Source of the DNA: Shigella phage ESh27
Reading direction: 5' to 3' (one strand)
DNA: 64,000 nucleotides
Sequence record: ON528737
Positions 57,346-64,000 of this stretch are shown here, piece after piece. The position numbers and the translations under genes are program-made. Positions within the stretch are counted from its first letter, which is position 1, and every line of letters starts with the position of its first letter. The notes under the pieces are model-generated. The model saw only the letters and a list, made by a program, of their open reading frames with translations. It had not been told where the DNA came from and made no database searches.

Positions 57346-60057
57346 ATGAAAGAATTTTACTTAACGGTTGAACAGATCGGTGATTCAATTTTTGAACGTT
57401 ACATCGATTCTAATGGCCGTGAACGTACTCGTGAAGTAGAATATAAACCATCATTGTTTGCTCATTGTCCAGAAAGTCAGGCTACGAAATATTTCGATAT
57501 CTACGGTAAGCCGTGTACTCGTAAGTTGTTCGCTAATATGCGTGATGCCTCCCAATGGATTAAACGCATGGAAGATATCGGTCTTGAAGCACTTGGCATG
57601 GACGATTTCAAATTGGCGTATTTGTCTGACACTTATAATTATGAAATCAAATACGACCATACAAAAATTCGTGTGGCTAACTTCGACATCGAAGTAACAT
57701 CTCCGGATGGGTTCCCTGAGCCGTCACAAGCAAAACGTCCTATTGATGCTATCACTCATTATGACTCAATTGATGACAGGTTTTATGTATTTGACCTTTT
57801 GAATTCTCCATATGGTAATGTGGAAGAATGGTCTATCGAAATTGCAGCTAAGCTTCAAGAACAAGGTGGTGATGAAGTTCCATCCGAAATTATTGATAAA
57901 ATCATTTATATGCCGTTCGATAACGAAAAAGAATTGTTGATGGAATATCTCAACTTCTGGCAACAGAAAACTCCTGTCATTTTAACCGGATGGAACGTTG
58001 AGTCATTTGATATTCCATATGTGTATAACCGAATCAAGAATATTTTTGGCGAATCTACTGCGAAACGTTTATCACCACATCGTAAAACTCGTGTTAAAGT
58101 TATCGAAAACATGTATGGTTCTCGTGAAATCATTACATTGTTTGGTATCTCTGTTCTTGATTACATTGACCTTTACAAAAAATTCTCTTTTACCAATCAA
58201 CCGTCGTATTCTCTGGATTACATTTCAGAATTTGAATTGAACGTTGGTAAACTGAAATATGACGGCCCTATTTCTAAGCTTCGTGAAAGCAATCACCAAC
58301 GATATATTTCTTATAACATCATCGACGTGTATCGTGTATTGCAAATTGATGCTAAACGCCAGTTCATCAACTTGAGTTTGGACATGGGTTATTATGCTAA
58401 GATACAGATTCAATCTGTGTTCAGCCCAATTAAAACTTGGGACGCTATTATTTTTAATAGCCTTAAAGAGCAGAACAAGGTGATTCCACAAGGTCGTTCG
58501 CATCCAGTTCAACCTTACCCAGGCGCTTTTGTTAAGGAACCTATTCCAAATCGATACAAATATGTAATGAGTTTCGACCTTACATCTCTGTATCCAAGCA
58601 TCATTCGCCAAGTGAATATTAGCCCGGAAACAATAGCAGGAACGTTTAAAGTAGCTCCATTGCATGATTATATTAACGCAATCGCTGAACGTCCTTCAGA
58701 TGTGTACAGTTGCTCTCCTAATGGCATGATGTATTATAAAGACCGTGACGGTGTAGTTCCAACTGAAATCACTAAGGTCTTTAATCAACGTAAAGAACAT
58801 AAAGGTTACATGCTTGCAGCTCAACGTAATGGTGAAATAATTAAAGAGGCATTGCATAATCCTAATCTTTCTGTTGATGAACCATTAGATGTTGATTATC
58901 GTTTCGACTTCACTGACGAGATTAAAGAAAAGATTAAAAAGTTGTCTGCTAAATCTCTTAATGAAATGCTGTTTAGAGCTCAACGTACTGAAGTTGCAGG
59001 TATGACTGCACAAATTAACCGTAAATTGCTCATCAACTCGCTTTATGGTGCACTTGGCAACGTTTGGTTCCGTTATTATGATTTGCGTAATGCTACTGCA
59101 ATCACAACATTCGGGCAAATGGCTTTACAGTGGATTGAACGTAAAGTTAATGAATATCTGAATGAAGTTTGTGGTACAGAAGGTGAAGCTTTCGTTCTTT
59201 ATGGTGATACAGACTCTATTTACGTATCTGCTGATAAAATTATCGATAAGGTTGGTGAATCTAAATTCCGTGATACCAACCATTGGGTAGACTTCTTAGA
59301 TAAGTTCGCTCGTGAACGTATGGAACCTGCTATTGATAGAGGTTTCCGTGAAATGTGTGAATACATGAACAATAAACAACACTTAATGTTCATGGACCGA
59401 GAAGCTATCGCTGGTCCTCCGCTCGGTTCTAAAGGTATTGGCGGATTTTGGACTGGTAAGAAACGTTATGCATTAAACGTGTGGGATATGGAAGGTACTC
59501 GTTACGCTGAGCCTAAACTCAAAATCATGGGTCTCGAAACACAGAAATCTTCGACCCCAAAAGCAGTACAGAAAGCTCTTAAAGAATGTATTCGACGTAT
59601 GCTTCAGGAAGGTGAAGAATCATTACAAGAATATTTTAAAGAGTTTGAAAAAGAATTCCGTCAATTGAATTATATTAGCATCGCGTCGGTATCTTCTGCG
59701 AATAACATTGCTAAATATGACGTAGGTGGATTCCCGGGTCCCAAATGCCCGTTCCATATTCGTGGAATTCTGACGTATAACCGGGCTATCAAAGGTAATA
59801 TCGATGCACCACAAGTTGTAGAAGGTGAAAAAGTATATGTTCTGCCTTTACGTGAAGGAAACCCGTTCGGTGATAAATGTATCGCATGGCCTTCTGGTAC
59901 TGAAATCACAGATTTAATTAAAGACGACGTACTTCATTGGATGGACTACACGGTTCTCCTTGAGAAGACATTTATTAAACCACTTGAAGGATTCACATCA
60001 GCAGCGAAACTCGATTACGAGAAGAAAGCATCTCTATTCGATATGTTCGATTTTTGA
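57346..60057 (+). CDS. 43: DNA polymerase gp43 (family B, RB69-type)
   Basis: 903 aa; exo FDIEV, DLTSLYPSII, YGDTDS; N-terminus MKEFYLTVEQIGDSIFERYIDSNGRE as remembered for RB69 gp43. Confidence 0.97.
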   Translation: MKEFYLTVEQIGDSIFERYIDSNGRERTREVEYKPSLFAHCPESQATKYFDIYGKPCTRKLFANMRDASQWIKRMEDIGLEALGMDDFKLAYLSDTYNYEIKYDHTKIRVANFDIEVTSPDGFPEPSQAKRPIDAITHYDSIDDRFYVFDLLNSPYGNVEEWSIEIAAKLQEQGGDEVPSEIIDKIIYMPFDNEKELLMEYLNFWQQKTPVILTGWNVESFDIPYVYNRIKNIFGESTAKRLSPHRKTRVKVIENMYGSREIITLFGISVLDYIDLYKKFSFTNQPSYSLDYISEFELNVGKLKYDGPISKLRESNHQRYISYNIIDVYRVLQIDAKRQFINLSLDMGYYAKIQIQSVFSPIKTWDAIIFNSLKEQNKVIPQGRSHPVQPYPGAFVKEPIPNRYKYVMSFDLTSLYPSIIRQVNISPETIAGTFKVAPLHDYINAIAERPSDVYSCSPNGMMYYKDRDGVVPTEITKVFNQRKEHKGYMLAAQRNGEIIKEALHNPNLSVDEPLDVDYRFDFTDEIKEKIKKLSAKSLNEMLFRAQRTEVAGMTAQINRKLLINSLYGALGNVWFRYYDLRNATAITTFGQMALQWIERKVNEYLNEVCGTEGEAFVLYGDTDSIYVSADKIIDKVGESKFRDTNHWVDFLDKFARERMEPAIDRGFREMCEYMNNKQHLMFMDREAIAGPPLGSKGIGGFWTGKKRYALNVWDMEGTRYAEPKLKIMGLETQKSSTPKAVQKALKECIRRMLQEGEESLQEYFKEFEKEFRQLNYISIASVSSANNIAKYDVGGFPGPKCPFHIRGILTYNRAIKGNIDAPQVVEGEKVYVLPLREGNPFGDKCIAWPSGTEITDLIKDDVLHWMDYTVLLEKTFIKPLEGFTSAAKLDYEKKASLFDMFDF

Positions 60058-60097
60058 TATAATGCCATGGACGGTAAACTAATTAAATGAGAGAAAT

Positions 60098-60733
60098 ATG
60101 AAAACTACTCCTATTACTATCGCTATTGACGCAATCATAAAACAAGCTTCTTCTTTGGCCGCTATGGCCAAAGTAATTAGTCAAAACCCTGCTCGTTATA
60201 ATGTTATTCTAGAAACACTTCGACGCCCTGGACTGAGTAATTATGAAAGTCGTGTAATTATTACAGGTGTTGGTAAGAACGCTAATATCGCAACTAAAGC
60301 TTCTGAGACATTTGCTTCACTCGGTATCCCAAGTATGTACTTGAACACCGGGCATTATTCTCACGGTGATGCAGGATTTATTGCGCCTAATGATGTGTTG
60401 ATTCATATTAGTCGTTCTGGTAAGACTGAAGAAATGATAGGTGTTGCTAAACATCTTCGTATGATTCGTCCTCAGGTTAAACAGATTCTGTTACATTGTA
60501 ACCCTGACATTCCACAAGAATACGAAGCTCTTTTTGATTATACGTTCTGTACCGGTATCGCGGTAGAAGTTGACGAGAACTCTTTAGCTCCGACTATGTC
60601 CACTACATTGTTGTTAGCGCTTATCGATACGTTTGCTATCAACCTTTCGTCTGAACGTGGATTTACCTCTAATGACTTCCTTAAGTTCCACCCTGGCGGT
60701 GCACTAGGTGCCATGTTACGAGGCGAACAATGA
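60098..60733 (+). CDS. SIS-domain sugar phosphate isomerase, KdsD/GutQ-type (putative D-arabinose-5-phosphate isomerase)
   Basis: VIITGVGKNANIATKASETFASLGIPS...HGDAGFIAPNDVLIHISRSGKTEE...LAPTMSTTLLLALIDTFA...HPGGALG pattern of API SIS domains. Confidence 0.8.
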   Translation: MKTTPITIAIDAIIKQASSLAAMAKVISQNPARYNVILETLRRPGLSNYESRVIITGVGKNANIATKASETFASLGIPSMYLNTGHYSHGDAGFIAPNDVLIHISRSGKTEEMIGVAKHLRMIRPQVKQILLHCNPDIPQEYEALFDYTFCTGIAVEVDENSLAPTMSTTLLLALIDTFAINLSSERGFTSNDFLKFHPGGALGAMLRGEQ

Positions 60734-60873
60734 AAGCAATAACAATAGGACTTTTACTATTGATGCTTGTCATGACTATCTACTGGAGCTTAACGGCTCC
60801 GGTAATGATTCCAACACTTGTAATTGGATGGATTATGATTGGTCTACAGGCAAAGTATGAATGCTTTAACTAG
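60730..60873 (+). CDS. small hydrophobic ORF (47 aa)
   Basis: ATGA overlap with isomerase stop; two hydrophobic stretches. Confidence 0.35.
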   Translation: MKAITIGLLLLMLVMTIYWSLTAPVMIPTLVIGWIMIGLQAKYECFN

Positions 60874-60914
60874 AATAGTGTACAATACACCTACTTACCA
60901 ATGAGGACTTCAAC

Positions 60915-62600
60915 ATGAAAAAAGCTGTTATTCTTGGTGCTGGATTGGCAACTCGTTTATATCCAATTACTCACCATATTCCAAAAGTTCTTGTGAACTA
61001 TAAACAAGACACTATTCTGAGCAATTTGTATACAATTTATTCTGACCTTGGCGCAGATGAAATTATTGTAGTAGTTCATTCAAAATTTGCTGAAACCGTT
61101 CGAGCTTATTGTGAGCAAGAAGGGTTCAATGTGACTATTCGTACAGTTGATGAAGCGTATGGTTCTGCTTATGCTCTTGCTAAATTACACAAAGATTTAG
61201 ACGGCCATAACGTAGTTGTTAACTGGTGCGATATTATTCCTGATTTTGGTTCATGGTCTTGGAATGTTAACGCAATCTATGTTAAGGGTGATGAATGTCG
61301 ATATAATTTCGATGGTGAAAATATCACTAACGTAGGTTCAACAGGCGGTAATGTTGTAGGAATTTATCAGTTCAAAGACTGGGAATTCTATATGGGTTCT
61401 ACTGATGAGGAAATTCATGAATACTGCAAAGGACGTGATTTCGTAGAATTCCTTTACAGCAGCGCATTCAATAAATCAGAGCTTATGAATCTAATTGATT
61501 TAGGTGATATGCCTAAACTTGAAAAAGCTCATGAAGTTCGTGAACTTAATCGTAGTTTTAATGCAGTTGAAATTGGTGAAGAAACTGTAACTAAATTCGC
61601 ATTAACTGAACAAGGTCGAGCTCTTCAAAAAGATGAGATTTCATGGTATTTGAAAGTGAAATCAGATTCAGTCCCTCAGTTAGTTTCTGTTAATGAAAAT
61701 AACTTTGAAATGGAACGCATTAAAGGTAAGCCAGCATTTGAATATATTAAATCCAAATCAAGTCTTGCTCGTCCACAAATTGTTGATGCAATTTTAGATG
61801 CACTGAAATTCAGCACAGACATTTATTTTGTAAGTCCTGAAACTGTTCGTCGTGATTTCACTAAAGAATTCTATACGAAAGTTATTGATCGTTGTGAAAG
61901 CATTCAACCATTGATTGATTCATTTGGTAAAATCACACATGTGAACTACACTAAGATTGGACGTCTGAAGCCAATGCTGAAACAAGCTTTAGAACATCTT
62001 ATTCGTTATCATAACCGTTCTCAGGGACAGTACTCTGTTATTCATGGTGACCCAAACTTCAGTAATACTATGATTACCGATAACGGCGAAGTCAAGTTTA
62101 TCGACCCTCGTGGATATTTTGGTGAAACCAAGATTTACGGGCCAAAATTGTATGATGAAGCTAAAGTGCTTTATGCTGTTTCAGGTTATGATGAATTCAA
62201 CGCTAATCCGACCTGGGGCCAGTTTATTATTGATGAAACAACTTGTAATGTGACTATTAACATCAATCCATTAGTTTACAAATATGGAAAGATGAGTTCG
62301 TTTAACGAGTATCATCATTTGGCAGTGGCAATTATCTGGATTGCATTAGGTGGTTATTTCAAGAATAATCCACTTAAAGCGGTAGCCGCATATTATAAAG
62401 GTATGGAACTTCTAACTAAGCAATTACGTAACATGGGCCGTGTACTTCAAGATGGCTCTATTAGTTATGACGTAGCAGAACCTGTAACGGCTACTCTGAT
62501 TACAAAAAATCCTGGTAAATGGGTACTAACTGATAAAGAAACTGGTGTTTCCTATCGTCCAATCGGTGGCGATATCACTCATCAATGGGAACGAATCTAA
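60915..62600 (+). CDS. bifunctional sugar-1-phosphate nucleotidyltransferase / sugar kinase (APH-fold)
   Basis: N-terminal ILGAGLATRLYPIT (RmlA-like G-x-G-T-R-L); C-terminal HGDPNFSN...FIDPRG kinase motifs; 561 aa. Confidence 0.75.
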   Translation: MKKAVILGAGLATRLYPITHHIPKVLVNYKQDTILSNLYTIYSDLGADEIIVVVHSKFAETVRAYCEQEGFNVTIRTVDEAYGSAYALAKLHKDLDGHNVVVNWCDIIPDFGSWSWNVNAIYVKGDECRYNFDGENITNVGSTGGNVVGIYQFKDWEFYMGSTDEEIHEYCKGRDFVEFLYSSAFNKSELMNLIDLGDMPKLEKAHEVRELNRSFNAVEIGEETVTKFALTEQGRALQKDEISWYLKVKSDSVPQLVSVNENNFEMERIKGKPAFEYIKSKSSLARPQIVDAILDALKFSTDIYFVSPETVRRDFTKEFYTKVIDRCESIQPLIDSFGKITHVNYTKIGRLKPMLKQALEHLIRYHNRSQGQYSVIHGDPNFSNTMITDNGEVKFIDPRGYFGETKIYGPKLYDEAKVLYAVSGYDEFNANPTWGQFIIDETTCNVTININPLVYKYGKMSSFNEYHHLAVAIIWIALGGYFKNNPLKAVAAYYKGMELLTKQLRNMGRVLQDGSISYDVAEPVTATLITKNPGKWVLTDKETGVSYRPIGGDITHQWERI

Positions 62601-62986
62601 TGCACCGTGTAGAAAACATGCTTAATCTTTGTTTTGATGTCGATGATTGTATAACAGAGTGGAATAACAATCGTGATTATGTGAACTTCAAACCGGACGT
62701 CGAAATGGTGTCCGCCATTAATGCCCTGTATGATGCAGGGCACACCATAACGCTTTACACGGCTCGTGGTATGAAGTCTGTAGGACCTGGTCGTATAGCA
62801 ATTGACATTCTCCCGAGTCTGATTCAGAACTTGGAAAACATTGGTTTGAAGTACCATAATTTGCTAACACATAAACCAGTATATGATTGGATTATCGACG
62901 ACAAAGCTATGCGTCCTGACGAATTCAAAGCTCTTATGAATAAAGGCGAATTCGAAACATTTAAATCATATAAACCGAATCTATAA
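62600..62986 (+). CDS. HAD-superfamily phosphatase-like protein
   Basis: N-terminal LCFDVDDCIT resembles HAD motif I; start set at ATG overlapping upstream stop. Confidence 0.55.
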   Translation: MHRVENMLNLCFDVDDCITEWNNNRDYVNFKPDVEMVSAINALYDAGHTITLYTARGMKSVGPGRIAIDILPSLIQNLENIGLKYHNLLTHKPVYDWIIDDKAMRPDEFKALMNKGEFETFKSYKPNL

Positions 62987-63043
62987 TAATTTAAGTAAGA
63001 CCTGCAAAAACCATCGCATCAATTAACGTGAGATGCAAAAAAA

Positions 63044-64000
63044 ATGAATACTTTTAAAATCGGAACGAATTTTGATTTAGCTCTTCTTGATAAAATCGTA
63101 GAGCTCAATAAAACCTATCCTAATAGCTTGATAAACGAAGTATATGGCTCTACAAGAGAAATGGCTTTTGTAGCAGCCAGACCTGATTTTAGGCTTCCTG
63201 ACGTCGACAAAAAGATGTTAGAAGACTATGTTAAACGTTGTAACGAATTAGGTATTTGCTTTAACTATACACTCAACACGATAAATCCTGGTTCAAAAAG
63301 AGAACTAGTTGAGTGGAAGAAGAAAGCTATTCAGGATTATGTTCAGTATCTTTGGTCAATAGGCGTATGGCGTATTACTATCGCTAACCCTGTTGTTATG
63401 GAAATTGTTCGTGAAGTCAATAAAGATATTGAGATTGAAGTTTCAACAATTCTACATGTTGATGCCGTAACTCAAATCAAATACTTACACGACCAATATA
63501 ACATCAAAAAGGTCTGCTGTGGAATTCATAAGAACCGTTCAGTTTCTTTCCTGAAGCGTGCAGCAGAGTTTTGCAATAAGAACAATATAATATTTGAAGT
63601 TCTTGTAAATGAGTTCTGTTCTAATGCTGGTAAAGGGTATACAACACATTGTAGCTATCGTGACTCTTGCTATATTTTCCATAGTACTGATGTTACAGCT
63701 GATGATGCTAAATCCTTAAATGGATATCCAATGCAACACTGCATTAAAGCTCGTGATACAGACCCATTTAACTGGCTGAGAACTCGTTTTGTTCGTCCTC
63801 AAGATTTGAAACTTTATAATGATATTGGTATCACTCAATTCAAAGTTTCAGGACGTACAGGTAGCACAGACTACATTTTGAAAGTTCTTGAAGCATACGC
63901 TTCTGAAAAGTTTGAAGGTAATTTGTTAGAACTGTGGAAGCCTTTAGAGACTATTTTCACTCTTGAAAATGAGACTGAGTTTTCACATACAGTAAATATT
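63044..64000 (+). CDS. U32-family-like protein (partial, runs off window end)
   Basis: No stop before 64000; ...YTLNT..., ...IANPVVMEIVRE..., Cys-rich EFCSNAGKGYTTHCSYRDSC recall the U32 family; assignment tentative. Confidence 0.45.
   Translation, partial: MNTFKIGTNFDLALLDKIVELNKTYPNSLINEVYGSTREMAFVAARPDFRLPDVDKKMLEDYVKRCNELGICFNYTLNTINPGSKRELVEWKKKAIQDYVQYLWSIGVWRITIANPVVMEIVREVNKDIEIEVSTILHVDAVTQIKYLHDQYNIKKVCCGIHKNRSVSFLKRAAEFCNKNNIIFEVLVNEFCSNAGKGYTTHCSYRDSCYIFHSTDVTADDAKSLNGYPMQHCIKARDTDPFNWLRTRFVRPQDLKLYNDIGITQFKVSGRTGSTDYILKVLEAYASEKFEGNLLELWKPLETIFTLENETEFSHTVNI

Overview
This window reads as a T4-like (T-even) myovirus genome segment, called by eye from the sequence and from remembered T4/RB69 protein sequences; no searches were run. 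The 903-aa family-B DNA polymerase looks RB69-type. Layout: (1) 1-9785, minus strand, late baseplate genes 9 (partial), 8, 7, 6, 5.4 (PAAR), 5.1, 5, 53. (2) 9800-13300, plus strand, genes 4, 2, 3, 1, 57A, 57B (Acb1-like) with divergent late promoters at the 53/4 junction. (3) 13300-42000, a plastic early region of many small ORFs each behind a GTTTAC...TATAAT-type early promoter, with recognisable nudE, e (lysozyme), denV, regB, tk and rI, one tRNA (CAT anticodon), six paralogous proteins carrying the T4 internal-protein capsid-targeting N-terminus, and several domain-only calls (GIY-YIG/T5orf172-like, GrcA-like, macro, lytic transglycosylase, two nucleotidyltransferase-like, AAA+). (4) 42000-60060, nrdC, 49, nrdD (no intron), nrdG, nrdH-like, 55, 47, 46, 45.2, rpbA, 45, 44, 62, regA, 43. 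(5) 60098-64000, a sugar-activation module (arabinose-5-phosphate isomerase, fused sugar-1-P nucleotidyltransferase/kinase, HAD phosphatase, partial U32-like protein) in the slot where T4 carries imm/42/beta-gt; the T4 alpha-gt slot between 55 and 47 also lacks a glucosyltransferase. That module, pointing to a non-glucose DNA hypermodification, is the strongest candidate system here. Promoter and terminator coordinates are approximate, and function calls on small ORFs are tentative.
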